From Thermodesulfobacteriota bacterium (GTDB taxonomy: Bacteria; Desulfobacterota_D; UBA1144; Nemesobacterales; UBA2774): a stretch of DNA of 64,000 bases. Under the pieces are notes generated by a model. The model ran no database searches. It was given only the letters and a program-made list of their open reading frames with translations, and was not told the DNA's origin. Of the stretch, positions 1 to 10,866 are shown one piece after another. The DNA lies in contig BQJP01000003.1 in the NCBI GenBank assembly GCA_021604765.1, positions 14,081 to 78,080 on the forward strand. The letters run 5' to 3'. Position 1 is the stretch's first letter, and each line of letters opens with the position of its first letter. The position numbers and the translations under genes are program-made.

Positions 1-880
1 ATCCTCCTTCAAGCAGGAAAATGATGTTCCCGTTGCATATCCTGTCTGCCTGGTCCGTAAGATGTCTTGTTAGTTTTGCAAAACCCTCAGGGGTTACTTT
101 CATTCCGCCAAGCGGGTCATCAAAAAAGATATCAAACCCGGTTGAGACTAAAATAAATTGAGGTTTGTATTGATCAATAATTGGTTTTAATATTTCATCG
201 AAAATACTTATGAACTCGTTATCACCCATTTCAGGTGACATTGGAACATTTACTGTATAACCAGTACCTTCTGCAGTACCTACTTCTTCTGCGGCTCCGG
301 TTCCAGGATAAAATGGGAATTGGTGAGTCGAGAAATAAAGCACTTTTGAACTATCTTCAAAAATATGTTGAGTTCCATTACCGTGGTGCACGTCCCAGTC
401 AATAACCAGTACACGGTCTAAACCTTTTACTTCGGTTAAGTAAGCTGCCCCAACTGCGACATTATTAAAAAGGCAAAATCCCATTGGCCTATCCGCTTCC
501 GCATGATGTCCTGGAGGGCGCACAATAGGGAAAGCTCTATCAACTTCTCCGCTGAGCACGCTGTCAATTGCAGATATAGTTCCTCCCGCGGCACGCAGAG
601 CGGCATCAAAAGACACTGCGCATGTTTCGGTGTCAGCATCTAGGAATACTTTAGGCTTTCCTTTTGTAGAAGCAATTTTGTCATAATGCTCTGGTGTATG
701 GACAAGTGTAATTTCTTCTCTTGTTGCGTCTCTGGGTACAATCCTTACTACTTCATTCATCATATTTGTGTAATTCAGCATGTCCACTATCGCTAGAATT
801 CTTTCGTGGGTTTCCGGATGCCCCGGGCCGTTATCATGATCTACATATAATTTATCAAGAACTATTCCAACTTTAGCCAT
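1..880 (-). CDS. Histone deacetylase / acetoin-utilisation (AcuC)-like family protein; C-terminus runs off the window start
   Basis: Minus-strand frame open from position 2 to an ATG at 880, which is preceded by AGAAGGAGA. Translation begins MAKVGIVLDKLYVDHDNGPGHPETHERI and contains DWDVHHGNG and PEGFAKLT, typical of the HDAC/arginase-fold deacetylase family. Not in the ORF track because there is no in-window stop. Confidence 0.75.
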   Translation of the reverse strand, partial: MAKVGIVLDKLYVDHDNGPGHPETHERILAIVDMLNYTNMMNEVVRIVPRDATREEITLVHTPEHYDKIASTKGKPKVFLDADTETCAVSFDAALRAAGGTISAIDSVLSGEVDRAFPIVRPPGHHAEADRPMGFCLFNNVAVGAAYLTEVKGLDRVLVIDWDVHHGNGTQHIFEDSSKVLYFSTHQFPFYPGTGAAEEVGTAEGTGYTVNVPMSPEMGDNEFISIFDEILKPIIDQYKPQFILVSTGFDIFFDDPLGGMKVTPEGFAKLTRHLTDQADRICNGNIIFLLEGG

Positions 881-926
881 TAGTATTATCTCCTTCTCAT
901 TAATATATAACCTATTTGATTTGATG

Positions 927-2180
927 TTAAGGATTTTGTATTAGATTCTTAATTGCGCCAACTAGGTATAGAGAACCCGTGATACAAGAGGGACTATCTG
1001 AATCAATAAGTATCGAATAGGCGGTTTCATAATCCTCTATTACTGATACTTCATCTATCTGTTCTTGAGCCATTTTATAGAGTTCCTGTGTATCTGCTGT
1101 TCGCTCAGAAGGGACTTTCGTTATGATGAGCTTTTCAGCGATGGATGCGATTTCCTTTAAAAATTCTAAATGTCCCTTATCGTCAAGCATTCCGATTAGA
1201 AATGTGAACTTTGTATCCGGATAGGCTTCCAAAATTGATTCCCTCAAGGATTTAGCGGCTCCTGGATTGTGGGCGCTATCTAAAATTAGTGGTGGTTTGT
1301 CTCTTATAATCTCAAATCTGCCTTCCCAGTTTATAGCAGATAGACCGTTTCGAATAGACTCTTGTGTGATCGATATATGATTGTTTTTCTCTAATATTTC
1401 TATTGCCGCTATTGCAAGCCCCAAATTTTTTGTTTGGTAACTACCCCTTAAATTTGATTTAAAGTTTTTTATATCAGATGAAATTCCTCGATAATGAAAA
1501 CTGTATGCAGTGTCTGCATTAATGAGAAAATCTCTATCATAAAGGTAAAGAGGGGAATCTGATTCACTACTCTCTTGCTCAATAACATCAAATGCTTCAT
1601 CTTCGGCAGCTGTTATTATGGGAACTGAGGGTTTTATTATACAGGCTTTCTCAGCTGCAATTTCGGCGATTGTATTACCTAAATATTCTGTATGCTCAAG
1701 AGTAATATTTGTGATAATAGAGAGTAGTGGGGTGATTACATTAGTTGCATCCCATCTACCGCCAAGACCGACTTCTAGAATATTAAAATCCGCTTTTTCT
1801 CTTGCGAAGTATAAAAACGCCGCAGCAGTAATAATCTCAAAGTAGCTTGGTTCTATCTGAGCCTTTTCTGCTACTTCTTTTATTTCTAATAGAATTAAAG
1901 ATAATACTGATTCAGAGATTTGGACATTATTTGTTTTGATTCTTTCTGTAATGTTGATTAGGTGAGGGGAGGTGTAGAGGCCAACTTTATATCCCTGAGC
2001 TGATAGAATTGATGATATTGCAGCCGCAACGGAGCCCTTACCGTTAGTACCGGCAATAAGAATTCCAGGAACTTTATTCTGAGGATTTCCTAGAGCACCA
2101 AGTAAAGTCTTTATACGCTCTAGTCCGGGTTTTACCTTATGCAAACCCAAAGAATTAAGGTAATTGAGTCCATTTTCCAT
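927..2180 (-). CDS. folC: Bifunctional folylpolyglutamate synthase / dihydrofolate synthase (Mur-ligase family)
   Basis: 417 aa with the Mur-ligase P-loop IAGTNGKGS and a FolC-like N-terminus (LERIKTLLGALGNPQ). Confidence 0.85.
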   Translation of the reverse strand: MENGLNYLNSLGLHKVKPGLERIKTLLGALGNPQNKVPGILIAGTNGKGSVAAAISSILSAQGYKVGLYTSPHLINITERIKTNNVQISESVLSLILLEIKEVAEKAQIEPSYFEIITAAAFLYFAREKADFNILEVGLGGRWDATNVITPLLSIITNITLEHTEYLGNTIAEIAAEKACIIKPSVPIITAAEDEAFDVIEQESSESDSPLYLYDRDFLINADTAYSFHYRGISSDIKNFKSNLRGSYQTKNLGLAIAAIEILEKNNHISITQESIRNGLSAINWEGRFEIIRDKPPLILDSAHNPGAAKSLRESILEAYPDTKFTFLIGMLDDKGHLEFLKEIASIAEKLIITKVPSERTADTQELYKMAQEQIDEVSVIEDYETAYSILIDSDSPSCITGSLYLVGAIKNLIQNP

Positions 2181-2304
2181 GATTATTCCATAATAGAAGA
2201 TTCAAATTATATCACATTCCTAAAATTTAGAGACTTATTCTAGTGGTAATTATTTCCATTTAGTAATTTTCACCTATTGATATTCTTTCCACTTTAGTTT
2301 ATTA

Positions 2305-2321
2305 TTGATATTAAATATCAA
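2305..2321. promoter_or_regulatory. Near-perfect 8-1-8 palindrome TTGATATT-A-AATATCAA just upstream of fur; Fur/PerR-box-like autoregulatory operator
   Basis: The inverted repeat is read directly from the sequence. It resembles the 7-1-7 Fur box TGATAATnATTATCA with one symmetric mismatch per half-site. It lies about 20 bp upstream of the fur ATG. Confidence 0.4.
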
Positions 2322-2341
2322 AATCGTAAAGGGGCTTTAAT

Positions 2342-2800
2342 ATGACTCCTGTGGCTAAAAGAAAAATGGAAAGAAGAAAGACATTTAACGATTACATAGC
2401 TAAAAAACAGCTTAAATCCACTAAACAAAGAGATACTATCTTCAACGAGTTTTTTAACAATTATATGGGCAAACATGTAACAGTAGAGGAGCTTTACGAA
2501 GGTATTAAGCAAAATCACCCATCTATTGGATTTGCCACAGTTTATAGAACTCTAAAATTATTTAAAGAATCCGGTATTGCTTCAGAGAGAAATTTTGGTG
2601 ATGGTAAAGCTAGATATGAGCCTATAAGGTCTGAAACTGAACATCATCATCATATGATATGCACAGAATGCGGACAAATAATGGAGTTTGCGAACATGCA
2701 AATTGAATCGTGCCTACTTCAAGTTGCAAAACTGAACGAGTTTGATGTTTTAAATCATAAGCTTGAGATATATGGTAAGTGTTCCAATTGTAGTGACTGA
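2342..2800 (+). CDS. fur: Fur-family metalloregulator (Fur/Zur/PerR)
   Basis: 152 aa; ATVYRTL recognition helix, HHHHMICTECG and CSNC metal-binding motifs. The true start may be the second Met (MERRK) at 2366. Confidence 0.85.
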   Translation: MTPVAKRKMERRKTFNDYIAKKQLKSTKQRDTIFNEFFNNYMGKHVTVEELYEGIKQNHPSIGFATVYRTLKLFKESGIASERNFGDGKARYEPIRSETEHHHHMICTECGQIMEFANMQIESCLLQVAKLNEFDVLNHKLEIYGKCSNCSD

Positions 2801-2823
2801 TGACGGGAATGTCTAAGTTTACA

Positions 2824-3537
2824 TTAACTACATAATACAAGCATTTCGCTTACCGCTTCTTCAATTCCTACTATTACTGATCTTGAAATAATACTGTGTC
2901 CTATATTCAACTCTTCAATTTCTTCTATCCACGCAATAGGTTCAACATTCATGTAATCTAGTCCATGACCTGCGGCTAATCTGAGCTTACAGTCAAGTGC
3001 TATTCCTACAGAATTTTCAATCTTCTTAAGTTCCTTTTCTATCTTTCTTTCGTTTCTAGCCTCTGCATAAGATCCTGTGTGAATCTCTACCATATCAGCT
3101 CCGATTTCTTCTGACTTTTTAATCTGCTGCTCGTCAGGATCAATGAATAGGCTTACAAACAGCCCTTTAGCCTTGAGTTTATCGACTACTTTAGAAACAG
3201 TCTTGAGATTCCCTACAACGTCAAGACCGCCTTCGGTAGTAAGCTCTTCTCGTTTCTCTGGTACAAGTGTTATCATGTCGGGCAGGACGTCCGTTGCTAT
3301 ACGAACCATCTCATTTGTCGCCGCCATTTCCATATTTAGTTTGGTTTTTACTGTTTCTCTTAAAACATAGAGATCTCTGTCTTGCACGTGCCTTCTATCT
3401 TCCCGTAGATGAACCACAATTCCATGAGCTCCTGCAAGCTCAGCTAAATAAGCTGCGAATACAGGATCAGGTTCATTAGTTCCTCTTGCCTGTCTAACAG
3501 TTGCAACGTGGTCTATATTTACATTTAATTTGGGCAT
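2824..3537 (-). CDS. pdxJ: Pyridoxine 5'-phosphate synthase
   Basis: N-terminal [13 protein letters not shown] signature, 237 aa. The start ATG overlaps the glmM stop (TAATG). Confidence 0.9.
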   Translation of the reverse strand: MPKLNVNIDHVATVRQARGTNEPDPVFAAYLAELAGAHGIVVHLREDRRHVQDRDLYVLRETVKTKLNMEMAATNEMVRIATDVLPDMITLVPEKREELTTEGGLDVVGNLKTVSKVVDKLKAKGLFVSLFIDPDEQQIKKSEEIGADMVEIHTGSYAEARNERKIEKELKKIENSVGIALDCKLRLAAGHGLDYMNVEPIAWIEEIEELNIGHSIISRSVIVGIEEAVSEMLVLCS

Positions 3538-4916
3538 TAACTATTAACTCCTAATTCTTTTTCTATTGTGTGAGCAAGCTCACTTGCTATCTCATTTATT
3601 AAAGTATAGTCCTCTCCCTCAACCATAACTCTGGAAATTAGCTCTGTGCCGGAGTATCTAATGTTTATACGTCCTTTTCCGTTTAGTCTTTTCTCGCCCA
3701 TTTCTATTTGCTTAGTGAGGTTTGGGATATTGTTTGTTTCTTCTTTCTTATTTACTCTAACATTTAATAAAACTTGCGGATAAAGATCAATAATCGTGGC
3801 AAGCTCAGAGAGGCTCTTCTCTTTTGTTTTCATTATTCCCAGAACTTGAAGTGCGGCTAGCGTTCCATCACCTGTTGTTGTATGGTCGAGAAAAATTATA
3901 TGACCTGATTGCTCCCCGCCCAGATTAGCTTTTCGGGCCCTCATTTCTTCTACTACGTATCTGTCACCAACCTGTGTTCTTACAAATTCAACACCTTGGT
4001 CCTGAATATATCTCTCAAGCGCCATATTACTCATTATAGTTGTAATAACTGCATTGCCTCTTAACGTTTCCTTCTCTATCATCTCTCTGGCGCAAATTGC
4101 TATAATCTTATCGCCGTCTATGATGTTTCCCTTTTCATCACAGAAGATAACCCTGTCTGCATCTCCATCAAGAGCTATCCCTAAATCAGCACCTATTTCC
4201 AAAACTTTTTCTCTAAGTAGAGCAGGGTTCAGGGATCCACAGTCAGTGTTAATGTTTTTCCCGTTTGGGTTTACCCCAATGGTTATAACCTCTGCTCCAA
4301 GCTCTTGTAGAATAAGTGGCGCAACTTTGTAGGCAGCGCCGTTTGCGCAGTCCAAAACAATTTTAATTCCTTGTAGTGTTAAATTATTTGGAAAGGAGTT
4401 CTTAGTAAATACGACATATCTTCCCGGTGCATCATCTATTCTAAAGGCCTTGCCAATTTCTTCCGGAGGTAAATTCATTAACTTTTTATCACCGTTCCAG
4501 ATTAAGTTTTCAATCTCAATTTCCTTCTCATCAGGGAGTTTGTAGCCGTATCTATCAAATATCTTAATCCCGTTGTCTTCGTATGGGTTGTGTGAAGCTG
4601 AAATAACTATGCCGGCATCTGCCCTCATGCTCACAGTAATAAAAGCAATAGCCGGTGTTGGAAGCGGTCCAACTAAAAAGACGTCAGCCCCCATTGATGC
4701 AATACCTGAAGAAAGAGCTTGTTCGAAAATATAACCAGACAATCTGGTGTCTTTTCCTATAACGATTGTTGGTTTCTTAGCAGAATTCTTGCCCTGCCTT
4801 AAAGTATATGTGAGAGCCTTTCCAAGCTTTAAGCTCATCTCAGGTGTCATCGGGTCATGGTTTGCTAAACCTCTGATGCCGTCTGTTCCAAAGAGACGTC
4901 TTCCTGTATTGTCCAC
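3537..4916 (-). CDS. glmM: Phosphoglucosamine mutase
   Basis: GTDGIRG N-terminal motif, active-site SASHNP, 459 aa. Conserved position downstream of cdaA-cdaR. Confidence 0.9.
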   Translation of the reverse strand: MDNTGRRLFGTDGIRGLANHDPMTPEMSLKLGKALTYTLRQGKNSAKKPTIVIGKDTRLSGYIFEQALSSGIASMGADVFLVGPLPTPAIAFITVSMRADAGIVISASHNPYEDNGIKIFDRYGYKLPDEKEIEIENLIWNGDKKLMNLPPEEIGKAFRIDDAPGRYVVFTKNSFPNNLTLQGIKIVLDCANGAAYKVAPLILQELGAEVITIGVNPNGKNINTDCGSLNPALLREKVLEIGADLGIALDGDADRVIFCDEKGNIIDGDKIIAICAREMIEKETLRGNAVITTIMSNMALERYIQDQGVEFVRTQVGDRYVVEEMRARKANLGGEQSGHIIFLDHTTTGDGTLAALQVLGIMKTKEKSLSELATIIDLYPQVLLNVRVNKKEETNNIPNLTKQIEMGEKRLNGKGRINIRYSGTELISRVMVEGEDYTLINEIASELAHTIEKELGVNS

Positions 4917-4930
4917 TTATCTTCTCCAGT

Positions 4931-5911
4931 TTAATTGAGTTTAATCTCAATAGTTTTGGGTGTTTGTTTAGTTAGTTTGAGTATGTCTTTATAAGGGTAG
5001 TTAACCCCAACTTTTAAGGTGTGTTTTTTATTTTGATTAGTCTTGTTTATATCGCTTCCATCAACATAAAGCTCTATGTCATTACTGTTAAGATTGTTTA
5101 TAATGCTAAACGGTCCTTCAAAAGCAAGTTCAGTTGCTATGTTCCCATTAGTTTCAAAATCGAATTCATCAAAATTAATATAGCTAATATTTAGGTCGTT
5201 GAATTCCTTCTCTAGGGTTTTTTCCTTGATATCAATTGTCACTTTTACGGTATTGTCTCCTAAAATATTTACGATAGAGTAGGGCGAGCGCAATGGAACT
5301 TCAATTGTAAATTTTGATTTCTCTCCCTTAACTGATACAGGATCGGTTGTAATACTATTTATTTTAGAAAGAAGGTTCTTTGGTCCTTCAATACTTGTGG
5401 TAGAAGGGCTCACTTCAGGTTTGCCTATAATTTCATATCCAACTTCAGGCGGACCAATACTAGGCTCTACCTTGACTTTCTTCTCAGCTAATTTATCTGC
5501 TTCAATTTTAATTTCAGCAGGGCTTATTCCTGTAACTTGTACATCCCTAGGTGGCGTAATTTGATCTGTGCCAATTTCAAATTTAGACATGCCGCCCGAA
5601 ATATTAGATAAATCTATTGTGAACAACATATTCTGAGCCGTAATGGAAGAGAGCTGACTTCGTGGTCCTCTTACCCTTAAATTTAGTTTCTCAGGAGGAG
5701 CATTTACTACTACAAGTCCGGGTGGCAGGTTGGCATAATTAACATCGATTGCAATATTTTTCTCTATGTCATGTTGAAGATTCGCTACCAGCCAAAGAGA
5801 TATAGCAATGACAATAGCAAGAACCTTCTTCCCAATATTGTTAAGAAGTGGGTTCTTTTGGTTCTCTTCGTTATGATCAGATTGAAATGGGTGTTTTAGC
5901 CAGTTTACCAT
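4931..5911 (-). CDS. cdaR: YbbR-domain protein (CdaR-like regulator of diadenylate cyclase)
   Basis: N-terminal TM helix followed by repeated YbbR-like beta-rich domains. Sits between cdaA and glmM as in the canonical cdaA-cdaR-glmM operon. Confidence 0.7.
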   Translation of the reverse strand: MVNWLKHPFQSDHNEENQKNPLLNNIGKKVLAIVIAISLWLVANLQHDIEKNIAIDVNYANLPPGLVVVNAPPEKLNLRVRGPRSQLSSITAQNMLFTIDLSNISGGMSKFEIGTDQITPPRDVQVTGISPAEIKIEADKLAEKKVKVEPSIGPPEVGYEIIGKPEVSPSTTSIEGPKNLLSKINSITTDPVSVKGEKSKFTIEVPLRSPYSIVNILGDNTVKVTIDIKEKTLEKEFNDLNISYINFDEFDFETNGNIATELAFEGPFSIINNLNSNDIELYVDGSDINKTNQNKKHTLKVGVNYPYKDILKLTKQTPKTIEIKLN

Positions 5912-5920
5912 GAAAGTTCT

Positions 5921-6742
5921 CTATGTATTAGGTTGTTTACTCTCCTCAGTTTTAATAGTTGGACTAGGCTCTGCTTTTTTAGATTTCTTCATACCTAGAG
6001 CATCTAAAAGAGCATTGTTTAGCGAAGTCGCATCTAGACTTCTTGATATCTCACCACCCATGGCCATAGAAATAGTTCCTGTTTCTTCTGATACCATAAC
6101 CACTACTGCATCACTTTCCGAAGAAAGCCCAATTGCGGCTCTATGCCTTGTTCCCAAATCTCTTTCTAGATCAGGATCTGTTGCTAAGGGGAAGAAAGAC
6201 CCCGCAGAGGCTATCCTGTCCCTTACAATAATGATTCCACCATCATGTAGTGGAGAGGATGGATTAAAAATACTTATTATTAATTCTCTAGATAATAGAG
6301 CATCTATCCTCATCCCAATTTCAATAAAATCTGCAAGACTGTTGTTTCTCTCTATAGCGATAAGCGCTCCTATCTGCCTATTGGCAAGATAACTGGATGC
6401 CTTAACTATTTCTTCAACATATGATTCTTGGGTTTTTCCAGGTGATATTCTTAAAAGGAAAGGCCGCCTTCCGATTGCCGCAAGTCCTCTTCTAATATCA
6501 TGTTGAAACAATATTACTACAATTAATATTATTGAACCCAGGAACTGTCCCAGTATCCAGTTTAAAGTAAATAAACCGCCTTGAGATAGATAAAACAGAA
6601 CAAAGAGCAATACTAAGCCGAACAAGATCTGAAGCGCCCTTGTGCCCTCTATCATGGTGAGTGCGTAATAGATAATAAACGCCACGAGCACTATGTCTAA
6701 AGTATCCCATACATATCTAAAATTCAGTATTGTATCAAACAT
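5921..6742 (-). CDS. cdaA: Diadenylate cyclase (c-di-AMP synthase), membrane-anchored CdaA type
   Basis: Three N-terminal TM helices plus a DisA_N domain (DGGIIIVRD, RHRAAIGLSSESDAVVVMVSEETGTIS). Confidence 0.85.
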   Translation of the reverse strand: MFDTILNFRYVWDTLDIVLVAFIIYYALTMIEGTRALQILFGLVLLFVLFYLSQGGLFTLNWILGQFLGSIILIVVILFQHDIRRGLAAIGRRPFLLRISPGKTQESYVEEIVKASSYLANRQIGALIAIERNNSLADFIEIGMRIDALLSRELIISIFNPSSPLHDGGIIIVRDRIASAGSFFPLATDPDLERDLGTRHRAAIGLSSESDAVVVMVSEETGTISMAMGGEISRSLDATSLNNALLDALGMKKSKKAEPSPTIKTEESKQPNT

Positions 6743-6772
6743 GGTTTCTATTTGAAGTATCCTCTTGCCATT

Positions 6773-7714
6773 TTAATTTACATTTAAAACTGCATCAACC
6801 ATCTTGCTTACCTTTTTCATATAGGTTATGTCATGAACCCTTACTATAGAAGCACCGTTTAGTATCCCGATTGCAACTGTTGCAGCTGTACCCTCTGTTC
6901 TTTCGTTTATCTCTGCATTTAGAGTTTTACCTATAAACGATTTATTGGAAGTTCCAATTAATACCGGCATTCCTAGCTCAGAAAATCTGCTTAAGTTCTT
7001 AAGGAGTATAAGATTTTGTTCTGATGTCTTTCCAAATCCAAATCCGGGATCTATTAATATGCTCCGGTTATCAATTCCCTTTTTTATTGCAGTGTTTACT
7101 GAATCCCTTAAAGCCTTTAATATGTCATCTACTAAAGAGTCGTAGTCTGTATGTTCCTGCATGTCTTGTGGATATGACGAAGTGTGAGTAAGTACTAAAG
7201 CGGCGTCAAATTCTTTTGCAACATCAGCAATCTTCTCATCAAATTTAAGACCGCTAATGTCATTGACGATTGAAGCGCCTTCTTTTAAAGCTTCGTAGGC
7301 GACCCTAGATTTTGTGGTGTCGATAGAAATAATTGTATCAAAACTTTTATTAATTTTATTTATTACCGGTATGACCCTTTCACATTCTTCTTCCAAGCTG
7401 ATAGATAGAGAACCAGGCCTAGTAGATTCTCCGCCAATATCAACGATGTCAGCGCCTTCATGTATCATTTGTTCTACTCTTTTTAGGGCTTTGTCTAAAG
7501 AGGTGTATTTCCCTCCGTCGTAAAATGAATCCGGTGTAAGGTTAAGAACACCCATGATATAGGTTTTTGTTCCTATTTCTAGTTCTTTATCTCTACATTT
7601 AAATATATATTTTTTTTGGTTTGCTTGTTGTGAGGTTATAGCTCTCACCTTATTGATTGGATTAATATTAGGAGTATTCTCTTTCTCCAGGAATATTTTG
7701 TCGCTGATATCCAT
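6773..7714 (-). CDS. folP: Dihydropteroate synthase
   Basis: MGVLNLTPDSFYDGG and DIGGESTRPG motifs; 313 aa with an approximately 40-aa N-terminal extension. Confidence 0.85.
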   Translation of the reverse strand: MDISDKIFLEKENTPNINPINKVRAITSQQANQKKYIFKCRDKELEIGTKTYIMGVLNLTPDSFYDGGKYTSLDKALKRVEQMIHEGADIVDIGGESTRPGSLSISLEEECERVIPVINKINKSFDTIISIDTTKSRVAYEALKEGASIVNDISGLKFDEKIADVAKEFDAALVLTHTSSYPQDMQEHTDYDSLVDDILKALRDSVNTAIKKGIDNRSILIDPGFGFGKTSEQNLILLKNLSRFSELGMPVLIGTSNKSFIGKTLNAEINERTEGTAATVAIGILNGASIVRVHDITYMKKVSKMVDAVLNVN

Positions 7715-7821
7715 TTTGTATCTTATTATGGCTTGTCTATATAAATACCGTAAAACTAAACTTATGTACTATCAAAAACTGCTTAATTTTCAGAATTAAT
7801 TATAAAAATGCCTTAATAAGA

Positions 7822-9711
7822 TTACGAGTCTTTTATATTGTTTTTTCTAAAAGCCATTGATCCCTCTGGACTAATTGGGTTTTGCAATGGGGACGGGAAT
7901 TGCTCAGATTTCTTATCTTTGACTAATTCGTCCAACTCCTTTCCGTCTATTACTTCTTTGTCTAAAAGGAGTTCCGCTAGTTTATGTAGAAGATCTATGT
8001 TGTCTTCTAGTAATTTCTTTGCTTTTTCGTAGTTGTTTTGAACTATCGATCTGATTTCACTATCGATCTCAATTGCTGTTTCCTCGCTATAATCTTTGTG
8101 TTTGGAAATCTCTTTGCCCAAAAAGACCTGTTCATCACCTTTACCTAAAGTTATAGGGCCCACTTTTTCGCTCATTCCCCACTCACATACCATTCTACGG
8201 GAAATTTCTGTGACTCTTTCGAGGTCATTCCCGGCTCCGCTGGTTCTTTCTCCAAATACAATCTCCTCAGCCGCTCTACCACCTAATAGCACCATTATTG
8301 TGGAATTCAAATTAGTTCTGGACAATGTATAACGGTCTTCTATGGGCAACTGTTGAGTTACACCAAGCGCCATTCCTCTTGGGATAATGGTTACCTTGTG
8401 TATAGGATCTGTTCCTGGTGTTAGCTTGGCAACCAAAGCATGACCAGCTTCATGATAAGCTGTAATTTTCTTTTCAGAATCACTAATGATAAGACTCTTT
8501 CTTTCTGCACCCATAATGACTTTGTCTTTTGCATATTCAAAGTCTTCCATTGTAATTTTCATTCTGCTGCATCTTGCGGCATGCAAAGCAGATTCATTTA
8601 CTAAATTTTCAAGATCCGCTCCCGAAAATCCTGGAGTGGACCGGGCTATTACAGATAATTGAACGTCCTGTTCTAAAGGCGTATTTCTGGAATGGACTTT
8701 TAAGATTTCTTCTCTACCCCTAACGTCAGGTCTTGGAACTACTACCTGTCTGTCGAATCTGCCGGGTCTAAGAAGGGCTGGGTCTAATACATCAGGGCGG
8801 TTAGTCGCCGCCATTAGAATTATTCCTTCGTTCGATTCAAATCCGTCCATCTCTACAAGAAGTTGATTTAAAGTTTGTTCTCTTTCATCATGGCCACCGC
8901 CAAGACCAGCTCCGCGGTGACGGCCTACAGCATCCAGCTCGTCAACAAAAATTATGCATGGAGCATGGCGCTTAGCTTGTACAAATAGGTCTCTTACTCT
9001 AGAAGCTCCTACACCTACAAACATCTCTACAAAATCACTTCCGCTAATTATGAAAAAAGGAACCCCGGCTTCACCAGCTATTGCTTTTGCCAGGAGTGTT
9101 TTACCGGTTCCGGGAGAACCCACAAGTAGTATTCCCTTTGGTATTCTTCCACCAAGTTTTGTAAACTTTTTAGGGCTTCTTAAGAAATCTACTATTTCTT
9201 GCACTTCTTCTTTAGCTTCATCAATTCCAGCTACATCTTTAAAAGTAGTCTTGTTCTGATTCTCGCCTAGCATACGGGCTTTGTTCTTTCCAAACGACAT
9301 AGCCTTGGTACCACCGGCCTGCAACTGTCTCATGAAGAAAACCATAATTACAACTAACAAGAGAAGGGGCGCCCAATTTAATAATATGCTGGTTAATGAA
9401 CCCTCTTTGCTGGAATCAAATTTAAAGGTGACACCTTTTTCTTCAAGAGTTTTTATAAGTTGGTCATTTGCTGGTCCAGTGGTTTTGAAGTTCTTTTCAA
9501 CGCCATCACTAGATCCTAAATATAGACCAGTTATTTCTTCGCCTTTAAATTCAATATCTTTTATGTCGCCACTTTCCAAATTAGCTAGAAACTCGCTGTA
9601 GGGGATTTCTTCAACCCCAGTTCTGGGTGTGTGCACTAATTGATACAGAGCAATAATCGCTACAAATATCACTAACCACAGTACTAAATTTTTAAATAAC
9701 TGGCTGTTCAC
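7822..9711 (-). CDS. ftsH: ATP-dependent zinc metalloprotease FtsH
   Basis: N-terminal TM, AAA+ Walker [23 protein letters not shown] zinc site; 629 aa. Confidence 0.95.
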   Translation of the reverse strand: MNSQLFKNLVLWLVIFVAIIALYQLVHTPRTGVEEIPYSEFLANLESGDIKDIEFKGEEITGLYLGSSDGVEKNFKTTGPANDQLIKTLEEKGVTFKFDSSKEGSLTSILLNWAPLLLLVVIMVFFMRQLQAGGTKAMSFGKNKARMLGENQNKTTFKDVAGIDEAKEEVQEIVDFLRSPKKFTKLGGRIPKGILLVGSPGTGKTLLAKAIAGEAGVPFFIISGSDFVEMFVGVGASRVRDLFVQAKRHAPCIIFVDELDAVGRHRGAGLGGGHDEREQTLNQLLVEMDGFESNEGIILMAATNRPDVLDPALLRPGRFDRQVVVPRPDVRGREEILKVHSRNTPLEQDVQLSVIARSTPGFSGADLENLVNESALHAARCSRMKITMEDFEYAKDKVIMGAERKSLIISDSEKKITAYHEAGHALVAKLTPGTDPIHKVTIIPRGMALGVTQQLPIEDRYTLSRTNLNSTIMVLLGGRAAEEIVFGERTSGAGNDLERVTEISRRMVCEWGMSEKVGPITLGKGDEQVFLGKEISKHKDYSEETAIEIDSEIRSIVQNNYEKAKKLLEDNIDLLHKLAELLLDKEVIDGKELDELVKDKKSEQFPSPLQNPISPEGSMAFRKNNIKDS

Positions 9712-9842
9712 TGTTTCCTCTTAGTTAAAATGAAATTAAACACTATTAAACCAATCAAAATAATAGCATAGTTAAAGTGGGTTTTCAACTTGGATTCCTT
9801 AATTATTAAGCATAATTAGGGGAATATCTTGTTAATATGAAC

Positions 9843-10811
9843 TCAATCGAAAAGCCCCGTGCTTAAGTATCTTTCCCCTGTGTCACAAAAAACCGTTACT
9901 ACGGTTTTCCCTTTTCCTAATTCTTTTGCGACTTTTGAGGCTGCAAAACCTGCAGCACCGGCAGAAATACCAACTAGTATGCCTTCTTTTAGCGCTATTT
10001 CCTTTGTAAAAAGCTGAGCTTCCTCAGTTGAAACTGTTATGATCTCATCATATATTCCCATACTAAGTATTTCTGGAATAAATCCGGGACCAATTCCCTG
10101 CATTTCATGCACATGAGCCTCTCCGCCTGAAAGAACAGCGCACTCTTTTGGTTCAACTGCGAACAACTTTATATCGGGATAATGCTCCTTCAATGCCTCA
10201 CCTGCGCCCGTGATTGTTCCACCAGTTCCAACACCAGCTACAAAAGCGTCTATTTCCCTCGGAATTTGCTCTATTATTTCTTCCCCTGTCGTAAGTCTGT
10301 GGGTCATTGTGTTCACTTTGTTGCTAAATTGGTTTACCATGAATGAATTGGGGGTAGACTCCGCAATCTCAAGCGCTTTGTTAATAGCCCCTTCCATTAG
10401 CTCCTCAGCCGGTGTTAGAACCACCTCTGCACCGTATGCCGCTAATAGCAGTCTTCTTTCCATGCTTTTGTCATCCGGCATGGTCAGGATTAATCTATAG
10501 CCTTTTATTGCACATACTAGAGCAAGGCCTATCCCTGTGTTTCCGCTTGTGGCATCAACTATTACACTTGATTTAGGATTGATAGACCCATTCTTCTCTG
10601 CAGCTTCAATCATGCCCAAGCATATTCTCTCTTTAATACTTCCCGCAGGATTTAAGTTCTCAAGTTTAGCCCATATTTCAGCTGAATCAGATGAAATTAG
10701 ATTGTTCAATTTGATGACAGGCGTATTTCCAATCAGGTTTAAAATGCTGTCAACTACATTACTTTGTGTATTTGCTAAATTCATATTGGTTTTTTGTTGC
10801 TCCAAATCCAT
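9843..10811 (-). CDS. cysK: Cysteine synthase A (PLP-dependent, O-acetylserine sulfhydrylase family)
   Basis: PLP-lysine motif NPAGSIKERI and glycine-rich loop GTGGTITG; 322 aa. Confidence 0.85.
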   Translation of the reverse strand: MDLEQQKTNMNLANTQSNVVDSILNLIGNTPVIKLNNLISSDSAEIWAKLENLNPAGSIKERICLGMIEAAEKNGSINPKSSVIVDATSGNTGIGLALVCAIKGYRLILTMPDDKSMERRLLLAAYGAEVVLTPAEELMEGAINKALEIAESTPNSFMVNQFSNKVNTMTHRLTTGEEIIEQIPREIDAFVAGVGTGGTITGAGEALKEHYPDIKLFAVEPKECAVLSGGEAHVHEMQGIGPGFIPEILSMGIYDEIITVSTEEAQLFTKEIALKEGILVGISAGAAGFAASKVAKELGKGKTVVTVFCDTGERYLSTGLFD

Positions 10812-10866
10812 CTAAAGATTCAATGTAATCCTTTGAGCCTCTTGATTCAATTTTTCTCCGAGTGGA

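Noticed and set aside
436-639. 67-aa ORF on the minus strand
   Set aside because: It lies entirely inside, and out of frame with, the HDAC-family gene (1-880, minus strand) that has strong homology. It is a spurious overlapping ORF.
1618-1845. Numerous 60-130 aa ORFs antisense to or overlapping annotated genes (for example 1618-1845, 4054-4332, 5910-6392, 8954-9259, 10210-10500, 14810-15208, 19492-19860, 24937-25302, 27774-28361, 35562-35876, 41388-41678, 49025-49411, 55762-56070)
   Set aside because: Each lies within a longer ORF on the opposite strand or in another frame that has clear protein-family signatures. None has motifs of its own. Treated as chance ORFs.
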